Of a stretch of 64,000 bases of DNA, positions 30,030 to 41,392 are shown piece after piece (the stretch's first letter is position 1; the number at the start of each line of letters is the position of its first letter). The DNA comes from Prasinococcaceae sp. CCMP 1430. Its lineage: Eukaryota > Plantae > Prasinodermophyta. The DNA lies in assembly GCA_013416795.1 (NCBI GenBank), contig RQSC01000026.1:157701-221700 (forward strand), given 5' to 3'. The position numbers were made by a program, and so were the translations under genes. A model generated the notes under the pieces. That model searched no databases, had not been told where the DNA came from, and saw nothing but the letters and a program-made list of their open reading frames with translations.

Positions 30030-32684
30030 ATGGCGGAGGCGCACGGGAGCGGAGAAGTTGAGTTCGCCGACATGGGCGGCGGCGGCGGCGCGTACTACCA
30101 CGGTGACCCCTCCGGGATCTACGCAACGCACGCCCACAGATACCACCACGGGCACGGCGTGCTCGCACAGGCAGGCGGGCCGGCCGCGCAGTACCCATTG
30201 TACTCAACGCTCCAGCCCGCGCACCAATCTGGAGTCGCTCACCAGCGCCAGCGCCATCACTACGACGCGCCCGAGGATGACGAAGGGCCACTCGCCCCGC
30301 CGGGCGAGCAGCGGGGTCGCTGCAAGTGGTTCAACATCCGCGAGGGCTTTGGATTCATCCTCCCTGACGCCGCTGGCGAGGAGGAGCTCTTCTTTCATGG
30401 GTATCACCTCAACACTCGCCGCGACAAGCACAAGATCTGGCCAGGCGTCGAGCTTTCATATGACACGTCTTTTGACAACAAGGGTCGCCCCATGGCGGTC
30501 AACGTCGGCTACGCCGGCTCTGCGGACGCCTGGCAGGATGCGCGGCACAAGTGCAGATCATCCAGAGTGGCGGACCGTGCTGCGGCGATGGCAGCAGACG
30601 ATGCAACGAACGGCGTGCGTGCCTCGTCGCCAGCACAAGCAGCAGGCGCGCCTTACAGCCGCGGTGGCGCGAGCCTCGCGAAGAGCAGGTCTTGGAACGG
30701 CGTCCCCGCATCTTCCGCGCCGGTGCACCCCGCACAGATGATCCCAATGAGCCCCGAGCACGCCCAGCTCGTGCAAATGCGCGCCGCGCAGCAGCAGGCG
30801 GCCGTCGCGCAGCAGGTCGCACAGCACCAAGCGGTGCAACAGCAAGCGGTGCAACAGCAGGCCGCGGCGGTAGTGCAGGCGCAGCAGCAAGTGCAGCACG
30901 CTGCTGCCGTCGTGCAGGCACAACAGGTGCAGGTTGCACAGCAGGCTGCCGTGCAACAGCATGCCGTGGCAGCGGCAGCGGCTGCAGCGCAGCAGCAGCA
31001 AATGGGCATGATGGCAGTCGCACCGACTGTGGCCGCAGCCGCAGCGGCGTCGCCGACCTCAGTTCAGCAGCAGCAGCTACTCATGGCTCAGCAGCAGCAG
31101 CAGCAGCAGCAGCAGCTCGCCGTCGCGGCTGCCGCCCAGCAGCACGCGATGATATCCCCCACCGCGGCCGCCGCGGGCACAGCGGCAGCTGCTCAGATGT
31201 ACCAGGAGGCTGCGGCATACCAGCTCGCTGCGCAGCAACAGCACAGTATGCAACTGCACGCCCACTTGCAGCAGCAACAGCAGTGGGCAGCTTCGCAGGC
31301 CCAGGCCCAGGCCCAGGCCCACGCTCAGGCTCAGGCTCAGGCTCAGCAACAGCTGCAGCTGCAGCTGCACGAGGAGAGTGGTCACCAGAACCATGTTGCA
31401 TCGAAGCACTCTGCTGAATCAGAGGCACGGCGCGCGCAGACACCTGGTGCCACGGATGCAGCTCCAGTGCAGCCGGCGAGCCCATCAAGCCTTGCAGACG
31501 ACAAGGAGGAGAGCGCCGAACAGCCTGAGCTCCGCCGTGAGCAGGGAGAGAAGACCGAGGGCGATGCTCCAGAGCAGCCTGACGGAGAAATCGGGGCGCG
31601 ACCTGAGCATGTTCGCCGTGGCAGCGCGACGCAGGTTGCCGCCAGCGATGTAGCCGTCAGCAAAGAGCTGGGGGCAGCAGCAGCGGTAAGCGCGACCAAG
31701 TCGGCACCGACCTTGACGAAAGGCACAGCAGGCGTCGCTGCCGACAGAGCATCACCATCCTCGAACGACGTCAATGCCCTGGACGTGTCTGCGCTGCGGC
31801 TCTCGAGCAGCGCTCGCGAGCTCGAGGTGACCGTTCTCCCGTCTTCTGACGAGGGCAGCTCCACGATGCACTCGCCCTCTTCCGCGGCAAGCGGCGATTC
31901 AGCCGTGCATGGCCACCTCTCGGACATGCGTCGGCCCTTCGGCGCGTCCAAGGCCGACTCGGAGCCGCTTCCCCCGGGTCGCCCGCCCCTGGGCAGCTTC
32001 GACCCCAGGGGCGGGCCCGGCCCTGTCACCAGAGGACGTAAGGGTGGAGCTGCGTGGCCGACTGGTCGAGGCGTGCGCTCGTATCCGACCCACCCCACGA
32101 CAGCGAGCCCTGTCGACTTGCGCACGAAGGCGCTTGCCCGCCGTGAGATGATGCAGGCGACGCGGGCCACAGGCGCCGGTGGAGGCGATTTTGCTACGCG
32201 CCCGCACCCCCACCCCGCTTCTGCGCGCACAGCGCCACATCGCCGCGCAGCCTCCTTCGGCAGCGAAGAAGGCCACCAAGTGCAGCAATACGGCCACGGC
32301 GACGTAGGAGGAGCAACCAACAAGGCGCACCTACCTGACACGCACGCCTACCTGCGCGGCGGGCACCACGCGCGGCGCTCGTCGGCGGACCAGGACGCCA
32401 GTGGCTTCGGGGCCCTGCGCACGGTGTCAGATTCTGTGTATGCGGCGCATCAGGTGCAGCAGAAGCCGGCGATGAACTGGTTTGGCAGCGGCAGTAGCCC
32501 TTCCCTGTACTCATCAAGCGGCGGCGACCCGGACCTGCCGCTGTCGGCAGGCAGGCACGAGATGGGGCGTCCACGCACGCGCTTCGGCCTCCGCTCGCGC
32601 TCTAACAGCGAAGAAAGCCACACGAGCGCGCCTGATGTCTTCAGCACCGACGGCGGTACGCATGCCCCCGTCAGTCGCCAGTGA
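30030..32684 (+). CDS. Cold-shock-domain protein with long Q/A-rich disordered extension
   Basis: GRCKWFNIREGFGFILPD..ELFFH..GRPMAVNV (RNP1/RNP2). Confidence 0.85.
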   Translation: MAEAHGSGEVEFADMGGGGGAYYHGDPSGIYATHAHRYHHGHGVLAQAGGPAAQYPLYSTLQPAHQSGVAHQRQRHHYDAPEDDEGPLAPPGEQRGRCKWFNIREGFGFILPDAAGEEELFFHGYHLNTRRDKHKIWPGVELSYDTSFDNKGRPMAVNVGYAGSADAWQDARHKCRSSRVADRAAAMAADDATNGVRASSPAQAAGAPYSRGGASLAKSRSWNGVPASSAPVHPAQMIPMSPEHAQLVQMRAAQQQAAVAQQVAQHQAVQQQAVQQQAAAVVQAQQQVQHAAAVVQAQQVQVAQQAAVQQHAVAAAAAAAQQQQMGMMAVAPTVAAAAAASPTSVQQQQLLMAQQQQQQQQQLAVAAAAQQHAMISPTAAAAGTAAAAQMYQEAAAYQLAAQQQHSMQLHAHLQQQQQWAASQAQAQAQAHAQAQAQAQQQLQLQLHEESGHQNHVASKHSAESEARRAQTPGATDAAPVQPASPSSLADDKEESAEQPELRREQGEKTEGDAPEQPDGEIGARPEHVRRGSATQVAASDVAVSKELGAAAAVSATKSAPTLTKGTAGVAADRASPSSNDVNALDVSALRLSSSARELEVTVLPSSDEGSSTMHSPSSAASGDSAVHGHLSDMRRPFGASKADSEPLPPGRPPLGSFDPRGGPGPVTRGRKGGAAWPTGRGVRSYPTHPTTASPVDLRTKALARREMMQATRATGAGGGDFATRPHPHPASARTAPHRRAASFGSEEGHQVQQYGHGDVGGATNKAHLPDTHAYLRGGHHARRSSADQDASGFGALRTVSDSVYAAHQVQQKPAMNWFGSGSSPSLYSSSGGDPDLPLSAGRHEMGRPRTRFGLRSRSNSEESHTSAPDVFSTDGGTHAPVSRQ

Positions 32685-33142
32685 GCGAGCACCTTTTCCG
32701 AAGAAACCTGCCATGCCGCCAGTTGAAACCACACGGGCGACGGCCAAGGCACAGCACGCACGAGGACAGAACACAGGTGAACATATGCATATGCGAGATC
32801 ATGTTGCGACCACAGCGACGAAATCGAGTTCCAGCCATCCGACAGCGACGACGTCGTCGCAGGTATTTATTATTCACGGTGGCACGGACGCGCGCTGCGC
32901 CACGCACGCCGCGCAGAACAAGAGGGCGCACCGCAGCTGCGGAGCCGTGCCAACCGACCCGCGGGCTGTGCTGCACACGCACTAAATGCAGCCCGCCCGC
33001 CAACTGAGATCCACCCAGCCCAACCATGGGACGAAAGGCTGCGCGCATGCGAGACGAGCGACTTTTGGTCTCGACAGTAAAGAGCGAGCGCGGCCCGATG
33101 GGTCTCTTTTTGATGGCTGGGCGGGCAGACGATCCCCGCGCG

Positions 33143-33985
33143 CTATGGCTGGCAGGAGGCCGTGCCTCTAGCGAGCGCCGTGGAAGAGATCGCCGCCGGC
33201 GCGGCGGGCAGCGGCACAACGTTGAGCGCCTTGACGCGCGCGAGTGCGATCTTGGCGTCCGCGTTGCTGGGCTCGAGGACGAGGGCTGCACCGAGGTCTT
33301 GCTCAGCCCAATCGAAGTCCTTCAGTGCCTCCCTGGCGGATGCGCGTCGCATCAGCGCCTTGACATTGGTCGAATCGAAGGTTAGCACCATCTCGCAGTC
33401 GGAGACGGCCTCGCGCCAACGCTTGAGCCTGAGGTGTGCGAGCGCGCGGTTGCCGTATGCGCGCGCGTCTGCCCGATTATGCGAAATCGCCATCGTATAC
33501 AGCTTCACGGCCGACGCCGAGTCGCCACGCTTGAGCGCGGCGTTACCGCGCTCGCGCAGCGCGTCGCACTCACACTGGCCGCGCGTGCGGGCCCCGAGCA
33601 GCGGCAATGCGCGCGCCTTCGCTTTCGCGGCCGCGCCCGCCGGGCCAGCGCACTCCCTGCGGAGCTCGCGCACGTCGTAGTTGGACATGCGCTCCCACAT
33701 GAAGCTCGTGTTGCTGAACTCGGTGATGCGCACGTGGTCGCCAACTTTGAGGCCCTCACGCGCCGTGAGATCAATGCCTGTCTCATCGGGCGTGCCCTCG
33801 GGCAGCTCGATCACCGATCGCCAAGTCGCCTCGCGCTCCTCGGGCAGCAGCTTGACGGTGAGATCGACGAGCACGTTGTAGTGAATGCCACGGCGGCGCG
33901 TTGCCGCCACCCAGTACTGCGCGTCCGCGGGCACCTCGCGATCGCGCTGGCGGCGCACCGCGACCAGCACGCCGCGGTGGCGGCG
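33143..33985 (-). CDS. TPR co-chaperone-like protein (three TPRs with carboxylate-clamp residues); start uncertain
   Basis: RERGNAALK..YTMAI, YGNRALAHL, KALMRRASA..LEPSN. Confidence 0.8.
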   Translation of the reverse strand, partial: RRHRGVLVAVRRQRDREVPADAQYWVAATRRRGIHYNVLVDLTVKLLPEEREATWRSVIELPEGTPDETGIDLTAREGLKVGDHVRITEFSNTSFMWERMSNYDVRELRRECAGPAGAAAKAKARALPLLGARTRGQCECDALRERGNAALKRGDSASAVKLYTMAISHNRADARAYGNRALAHLRLKRWREAVSDCEMVLTFDSTNVKALMRRASAREALKDFDWAEQDLGAALVLEPSNADAKIALARVKALNVVPLPAAPAAISSTALARGTASCQP

Positions 33986-34201
33986 CGCGCGAACCAATTA
34001 AACCTGCTAATCGGTGCGGCGGGCGGGCCGATAAAGGCAAAGGCCCGAGCGGACGGCGCGCGCCCGCGCGCGCCTCCCGGCCAGCCCCACACCCCGCTAC
34101 TCGCTCGCGTACGCGCGCGCCACCACCGCCACCGCCGCCATAATCGCGCCCACGCAGACACGCGCAACGCTCGCCCCCCTCCACACAAACCACCGTCGCA
34201 G

Positions 34202-34430
34202 ATGCTCGCGCCGGATGCCGTGTGGCCGACGCTCCAGCGCGAGGCGCGCGAGATGGCCGAGCGCGAGCCGCTGATGGGCGGCATCGTGTACTCGCACCTG
34301 CTCAACCACCGCAGCTTCGAGGGCGCGCTGGGCTTCCTGCTGAGCCACAAGCTCGCCACGGCGTCGGTGTGCGCCACGCAGTGGAACAACCTGCTGGCCG
34401 ACGTGCTCGCGCCCGGCGGCGGCGTCGACG
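34202..34430 (+). CDS. Serine O-acetyltransferase N-terminal fragment
   Basis: VW..LQREAREMAEREPLM..YSHLLNHRSFEGAL.F.LSHKL (SATase_N); the hexapeptide domain is absent. Confidence 0.75.
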
Positions 34431-34449
34431 GCCGCGGCGGCCGCCGCGA

Positions 34450-35735
34450 GCGCGACCGGGGGTGCGCAGGGGACGGACGTGCGCCTCGGCGGCGTGGTGA
34501 AGGTGCTGTCGGTTGAAGAACAGTTGGGGGCGGCGCTATCAACGGTAGTTGAATTCTGCGCGTACGCCCAGGCAGCAGGCGCCCGCGTGGCCTCCTTGAG
34601 CGTGGCACCATCGCCCGGAGTGGGCGAATCCGTGCTCTACGCGACTGAGGCGCTGCATGCCGGCGCGCCGCGACTCGTCGACCTCTTCCCCGGGATGGTC
34701 GACGTGGGCGGCGGCTTTGTCGACACCGCCGGCACTCATAAAGAGGTTGATGCGGCGTGTCCCGACGGCTTCCAGCTCTGGACGCTGAAAACTGACCCTC
34801 CGCATGTGCCGAGGCTGCTACGCGAAGCCTGGAACAGCAGTCACAACGCCAGCCTCGGCAGGCGTGAAATCCAGTCGTGCGACGACCTCGAGGAGGCGAT
34901 GCGGGGCCCCACGTGCGGCGCGCTGCTCAGCTGGAGGGGCATCAAACGTGGTCCCTGTGGCAAATATTGCCGCCTGCCCTGCGAAGAAAGCAAGCGACTG
35001 CCTGCCGGCGCCGGGGACAGAATTTCGTACACCCTCTCGCCCGCCTTCCTCGCGCGCGTGGCCGCCGCGCGCTCTGAGCTTTTCGGCGATGGCGGTGCAG
35101 GGGTGGATGGAGTGAGTGCGCAGGGGCACTCCTCTGATTTGCCGCGCGCGTACGTGGGGCTCCACCTGCGCAGCGAGAAGATATGCGCCCGGCTGGTCCA
35201 AATGCGCGTCCAGGGCGAAGAGCGGAGGTGTGCGGAGCTTGTCAAGGTGGTCGAGCGCGCTGTGGCGGCGCTGGCGTCGAATGCGCGCGCCAGCAACGCA
35301 AGCATTGCCTACGTCGCGTCGGACATGAACGCCGTGCACGGTACGATGTCGGCGCAGACATGGTGGTCTGATGTGAAAGGCTTTGAGGGCAAAATCAAGC
35401 CCTTGTCAGCGGCCGCGGCGGCCAAGGGGCCCTGTGGCTTTCGGCAAGGCAAATGCATGGACCGCATCGTGCGCGCAATCGCCGACAGTGGCCTGCGCAT
35501 CGTTGGCCTTGCAGGCGACAGCGTGTGTGGCGAGAAGCACAACTTCATGGGCACCGAGTGCGTGCTCGCAGAGATGGGCATGCTCAGCCAGGCCGCCTTC
35601 GTCGCGGCTCTCGGACAGTCGTCGTTGCACGGCAAGTTCTTGCCGCAGCACTCCACCATCTTCAAGGTCCGGCAGTCCGACTTGAAGGCGCGTGAGTCGG
35701 CAGGAGGCGATCGGGGGTGGACGCATGCCCTATGA
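34450..35735 (+). CDS. O-fucosyltransferase-like (GT-B) glycosyltransferase; 5' truncated
   Basis: YVGLHLRSEK, IAYVASD, AE..MLSQA..GQSS pattern. Confidence 0.6.
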
Positions 35736-36401
35736 CGCCCTGCGGCTCACGGGCCCGTGCGCAGTGGGCCGAACGAAACCACACGAACGGCACCAGATGC
35801 TTCTGAAAGCTGGTAGCGGCCGACGGACGGGTCATCTTTGACCCCCGCGCCCGGTCGCGGCCGCCATGGCCGACAGGCAACACTCGCGCGCGCGGCGCGG
35901 TGGAACCCGCACCCAAGCTCGCGTTGGCGTGTTGGCCCCGTGCGCCTGGCAGGCGCCAGGTCGCAGGCCGCAGGCCCCGCGCGCGCACACCGCGCATGTC
36001 GGCACATCCGTGTGCGTCATGTGATGCTCATAGCACCTGAACTCACGGGAAGCTCTGCGCCACCCGCAGCGCAGGGCAGCCCAGCTGATGCCGTATATAG
36101 ACCCTAAACCGTAAATTGGCGCGGCTGGGCCCTCATCTTTTTCCTTGTTTCCTTGGTGCTTGAACGCGGGTGTACGGTTTGGGTTTCACGCCAGTGCTCT
36201 CTTACCGTATGAGGTGTGCGGGCAATTTGGCGGCGCCGCGGCAGAGCGCGCGCGCGCTGCGGCAGCGGCGCGCCATGGGCGGCCTCGGCGGGCGGGGGCG
36301 CGAGGGGGAAGCGCCCCCCGCTTGCCCCTCCCCCCCCACACCCAGCGCTGCCCCCCGCCCCCGCGCGAATGCGTCGGATCTAGCGCGCGCGGCGGGGGAC
36401 T

Positions 36402-36641
36402 AACCCTTTTTCGTTTTAACCCTTACACGATCAACCCAAAGGTGCCCCCGGGCGCGCCAGATGTTAACCCTGTGGGCTTCGACCCCAAATCGCGACCAAC
36501 CCGAAGCTGGCGCCCCCCGCGCGGGCGGGCACAGCGCGTGGGTCCAACCCTGTGGGCTTCGACCCCAAACCGCGACCAACCCGAAGCTGGCGCCCCCGCA
36601 ACTAACCCTGTATAACGCACCCCAAATCGACGAACCCAAAG
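36402..36641. repeat. Tandem modules: two 52-bp copies (36466-36517, 36546-36597; 1 mismatch) and two diverged flanking copies
   Basis: AACCCTGTGGGCTTCGACCCCAAA(T/C)CGCGACCAACCCGAAGCTGGCGCCCCC occurs twice. Confidence 0.9.
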
Positions 36642-36796
36642 TCCCGTGTTAAACGTTGGTTTTGACCGAAGATTCCGCGGAGGGCGGTTCGCGCCCGCGC
36701 AGCGTTTTCGGTGCCCCGGCCGGGGCAAAAGCGCCGGCCGGCGCCCCTGAAACCCCGCCGCGCGCGCGCCCACGTGGCGCGGGTGGCTGCCGCGCG

Positions 36797-37390
36797 NNNN
36801 NNNNNNNNNNNNNNNNNNNNNNNNNNNNNNNNNNNNNNNNNNNNNNNNNNNNNNNNNNNNNNNNNNNNNNNNNNNNNNNNNNNNNNNNNNNNNNNNNNNN
36901 NNNNNNNNNNNNNNNNNNNNNNNNNNNNNNNNNNNNNNNNNNNNNNNNNNNNNNNNNNNNNNNNNNNNNNNNNNNNNNNNNNNNNNNNNNNNNNNNNNNN
37001 NNNNNNNNNNNNNNNNNNNNNNNNNNNNNNNNNNNNNNNNNNNNNNNNNNNNNNNNNNNNNNNNNNNNNNNNNNNNNNNNNNNNNNNNNNNNNNNNNNNN
37101 NNNNNNNNNNNNNNNNNNNNNNNNNNNNNNNNNNNNNNNNNNNNNNNNNNNNNNNNNNNNNNNNNNNNNNNNNNNNNNNNNNNNNNNNNNNNNNNNNNNN
37201 NNNNNNNNNNNNNNNNNNNNNNNNNNNNNNNNNNNNNNNNNNNNNNNNNNNNNNNNNNNNNNNNNNNNNNNNNNNNNNNNNNNNNNNNNNNNNNNNNNNN
37301 NNNNNNNNNNNNNNNNNNNNNNNNNNNNNNNNNNNNNNNNNNNNNNNNNNNNNNNNNNNNNNNNNNNNNNNNNNNNNNNNNNNNNNNNNN
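36797..37390. other. Assembly gap
   Basis: N run. Confidence 1.
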
Positions 37391-37716
37391 GGCGGCGGGC
37401 GGCGCCGCATGCCGCCGCCGCGCCAACACACACACACGAGCGCGCCAGTGTGGCGCCGCTCACCCCCCGCGCCCTCCCTCTTCCCGTGCCGCGCGCCCCC
37501 TGCGCCCGGGCCCCCGCCGCAGTGGGCGCCCCCTCGCATTCGAACGCCGCCGGTCAACAACATCGCCGGGGGAACGCGCCCCCGACCGCCGGGGGTGGTC
37601 AAACGCAAAGGAGGCATCGAACGGTACAATTCGATTTTAAACCCTAATGTAAGATTTGACCCTTAATGGCGCTCTCGACGGTGAGGGCAATTGACCCCTA
37701 ACTAATCACTTCCTAG

Positions 37717-38849
37717 GAGCCCGGCGGCGCGAGGCCTCGGCCAGCCGCGCGGCGCCCACGACGTCGCGCTGCGCGGCGGTCGTCCTGGGCGGCGGCGTCG
37801 CGAACCCCACGACGTACCCGCTCACGGCCTACCGAGCCAAACCGGCCGTGCCGCTCGGCGCCAACTACCGCCTCATCGACGTGCCCATCTCCAACTGCAT
37901 CAACAGCGGCATCAACAAGGTGTTCGTGCTCACGCAGTTCAACTCGCTGAGCCTCAACCGCCACCTCTCGCGCGCCTACCCGCAGGGGGCGTTCGGCGGC
38001 ACGTCGGCGCTCAGCGTGGACGTGCTCGCGGCGTCGCAGACGCCGGGCAACATGGACTGGACCGAGGGGAGCGCCGACGCCGTGCGCTCGCACATGCAGG
38101 AGCTCACGAGCGACGTCGTGCCGCACGAGCGCGCGGACGACTACCTCATCCTCGCCGGCGAGCACCTGTACCGCATGGACTACGGCGACCTGCTGGATCG
38201 CCACCACGCGACGGGCGCCGACATCACCATCAGCTCGGTGCCCGTGGCCACGGACAACCCGGCGCTGCTGGGCGTCGACGGCTCGGGCCTGGGCGTGCTG
38301 AGGCTCGACGCGGACGGCCGCGTGCGCGCCTTCGTGGAGAAGCCCTCGCGCGCGGAGGTGGACGCCATGGTGGCGGAGGGCGCGCGCGAGCACACGCACG
38401 GGACGCCCGAGAAGCCGCTGATCGCCAACATGGGCGTGTACATCTTCTCGCGCCGCGCGCTCGAGGAGCTGCTGCTCGGGTCCACCCCCGAGCCGATGAT
38501 GGACTTCGGCAGGGACGTCCTCCCGTACGCCGTGCGCGCCGGCTACCGGGTGTACGCCAGCGTCTTCCACGGCTACTGGCGCGACATTTCGACGCTGCGC
38601 GCGTTCCACGAGACGAACCTGGAGCTCGCGCAAAATCCGGCGCCCTTCTCGCTGCACGACAGGGACCTGCCCATGTACACCGTCAGCAGGAACCTGCCGC
38701 CCACCAAGGTCGTGGGGACCTGCGCGCTCGACCAGGTCCTCATGGGGGAGGGCTGCTTCATCACCGACGCGAACATTTCCAACTCGGTGCTCGGCAACGG
38801 CTCCATCATCCGCGCGGGGTGCACCATCGAAAACACCTACATGATGGGG
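37717..38849 (+). CDS. ADP-glucose pyrophosphorylase small-subunit-like protein (divergent); 3' exon(s) missing
   Basis: VVLGGG..YPLT..RAKPAVPLGANYRLIDVPISNCINS, LTQFNSLSLNRH, HLYRMDY, FVEKP, DFG..LP, GYW.DI; donor at 38850. Confidence 0.9.
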
Positions 38850-39008
38850 GTGCGTGCGCGCGGGCGGGGGCGCGCCCCGCGCGAGGCGAGGCTTGCGCAC
38901 GCAAATGCGCTCACGCAAATGCGCTCACGCGCCCGCGCGCGCGCTTGCCCGCGCGCTCGCGCGATCCCCGCTGACGCTTGGCCTCCCCCCCCTCTCTCCC
39001 CCCCNCAG

Positions 39009-39212
39009 AGCGTGTGCTCCGTGGAGGTGTTCGGATGCGTGCGCTCGCTCGCCCCCCTTCGCCTCACGGGCGGGGAGAAGGACCAGCTCGTCGTCGGCTC
39101 CGACTCGGGGCGCATCGTCGTGCTCGAGTTCAACGCCGACAAGAACGGCTTCGAGAAGCTGCACCAGGAGACGTTCGGCAAGTCGGGATGCAGGCGGATC
39201 GTCCCGGGCGAG
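39009..39212 (+). CDS. SF3B3: Single internal exon of splicing factor SF3B3/SAP130/Rse1
   Basis: EVFG..RSL..RLTG..KD..VVGSDSGRIVVLE..HQETFGKSGCRRIVPG; CAG/GTGAG boundaries; begins just after single N 39005. Confidence 0.9.
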
Positions 39213-39580
39213 GTGAGGCGCATCGCGGTCGCCGCCCGCGCCCCGATCGTGCGCTCCGGTGGAAGAGGAGGGGAAGGAGCGGCTGGGGAGGGGCGGTCGG
39301 GAGGGTGGGGGTGGTGGGGGGAAGCGCTCGCGCGCTCGCGCGCTGGAACTTTCCCGTTCCAACCCTAAACCATGGCGGACTCTGCGCGCAAGCGATCCCG
39401 GCGGCCGCCCGCGCGCGCGCGCCCTTCGATTCCGAGCGCAGGCGCGGCGGACCCGCCGGCGCGCGATCTGCGGGCACCGCGCGCGGAGGAAATAGCAGTC
39501 GCGTTTGTTATATTCGTTCAGTCGTCACCTGGGCGCGCGCACCAAAACCGCCGCCTCGCTCACGCCGAGGCCGCGGCCGC

Positions 39581-41390
39581 CTAGCTGGCGACCGTCGCCG
39601 CGCCGATCGAGAGCTCGATCGTCTCGCCGTCGTCGGCGAGCGCGTACTCCCAGCGCCACCTGTCCTCGTCGCGCAGCTCGCGCGTCTCAACGCGCATCTC
39701 CCCCGCCTCCCCGGCGCTCACAATGGTGATGCAGCCATCCGGCACCTCGAAGCGCTGCTCGCCGTCGATGGCGACGTCGCGCGCGACGAAGGCGCTGTCG
39801 CCGAGCAGCTCGATCTCGCAGCGCTCGCGGCGGCGGTGGCGCGCGGCCCACGCCACGGTGCCTTCGTGCGCCCAGTCGACGCCCGCGTTTGTGACCGCGA
39901 CGTTGTGGAGCACGACGCGCCCGCACGCAGTGTCGTCGAACACGATCCTGTCGCCGGCCCCTCCCTCGTCGCCCTCCCCACCGCCCCCGCCTCCGCTGGC
40001 CGTCGCGCCCATCACCCGGCGCGCGTTCACAAGGAGGCTGCCGTCGAGCCGCAGCCCGTCAATGTCAGCCTCGACCACCTCGAGCCGCAGCTCGGCGCCC
40101 TCCGAGATGGCACCGTTGCGGATCTTCTGCCGCGTGACCTCCCACAGCGGGCCCATCGCGGGGTGGATGAGCACGCTCGCGGCCGGGCCGCGCGCGAGGA
40201 AGTCGTCCGCCGAGCGCTCCTCCGGCAGCGCCACCCCCGCGCCGCGCAGCATCTCGAAGACGTTGCGCTGCAGGTCCAGGAAGGAGCCGTCGGGCGTCTG
40301 GTGGAGGTTGGCGTCGCCCTCCTTGCGCTGTTTCTTGGCGCTCGACGTCACGAAGCGTCGCTTGTTGAACACCACGAAGGGGCCCATCGAGCCGCGCTCG
40401 CCGGCCTGCAGCTGGCCGCCGGGCGAGTCCTCCGCCAGGAAGTCGGCCACGTTCTGCATCGTGCACTCCAGGCGCCCGCCCTTGCGCGCGACCTCGGCGC
40501 GCGAGATTTCGTCGTAGTACGCGATGTCCTTCTTGAGGTTGATGATCATCCCGGGGAAGGCGCCGCCGGCGAGCCCGCCGCGCGCCGCGCGCGAGACGGC
40601 CGCCAGATCGATGTAGAGCACGTTGGTGTTGGCGTGGAACTTGGACTTGCCCTCCGCGTCGGCGGTGTCGGTGATGCCCAGCTTCTCGAACTCCGTGTAC
40701 TCCACGTTGGAGATGCCGTAGCTGTAGGTGCCCGTCGCCGCGTCGTACCTCTCCACGCACACGTTGACGCCCTCCGCCGCCCCCACCGCCCGGTCGCACG
40801 AGGCGAAGCCGAAGGGCTTGTCGCCCTCGAAGCCGAGCCCCGCCAGCGAGAGCAGCGTGGTGCGCACCCCCGCCATCGGATTGGAGATCTGCCGCACGAG
40901 CGCCGCCTTGCGCCCCTCCTCGCCCATGAGCCAGTCGAAGACGCCGGCGTCGCTCGCCAGCTTCCAGATGACGCCGTGCCCTCCGGGCTTCATCACCATC
41001 TTGAGCGGGCCGCTGACCATCCACGCGCCATCGCCCGCCGACACGACGGGCACCATCGGCTGCTCGAAGAGGCGGAAGCTGGCGCGGCCGCGGCCGAACC
41101 AGCCGGCCTCCTCGCACAGCTCGGTCACGCGGCGCGAGTTGCCCTTGGCGTCCGAGGTCATGACCGCCACGGGCGTGGTGTGCTGCTCGCCGAACAGCTT
41201 GTAGTAGAGCCACTCCCGCGCGCCGAGGTCGCGCACGAGCCCCTCGAGCAGCGAGCGCCCCGCGTACGGCAGCAGGGCCACCGGCAGCGGCTCGCCCGTG
41301 GCCTCGTCGCGCAGCCCCAGGCGGTCGCCCGCGCCGCCGAGCGGGTACACCTCCGCCATGCGCGGCAGCGCGCGCAGCCCCTCCGAGCCA
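39581..41390 (-). CDS. UGP3: Chloroplast UDP-glucose pyrophosphorylase 3-like (sulfolipid pathway); N-terminal part missing
   Basis: EVYPLGGAGDRLGL, LLEGLVRDL.ARE, PVAVMTS..KGN, KPGGHGVIWKL, VRQISNP, GRLECTMQN, QTPDGSFLD. Confidence 0.92.
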
Positions 41391-41392
41391 GC

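Noticed and set aside
36466-36597. CRISPR-like repeat-spacer-repeat
   Set aside because: Only two 52-bp copies in a eukaryotic context, with no cas genes
37717-39212. Spliced AGPase-SF3B3 fusion
   Set aside because: The join passes through a poly-C and single N (39005), and both genes are incomplete
34450-41390. Sugar-nucleotide gene cluster (GT, AGPase-like, UGP3)
   Set aside because: Adjacency crosses a gap and several seams, so linkage is unproven
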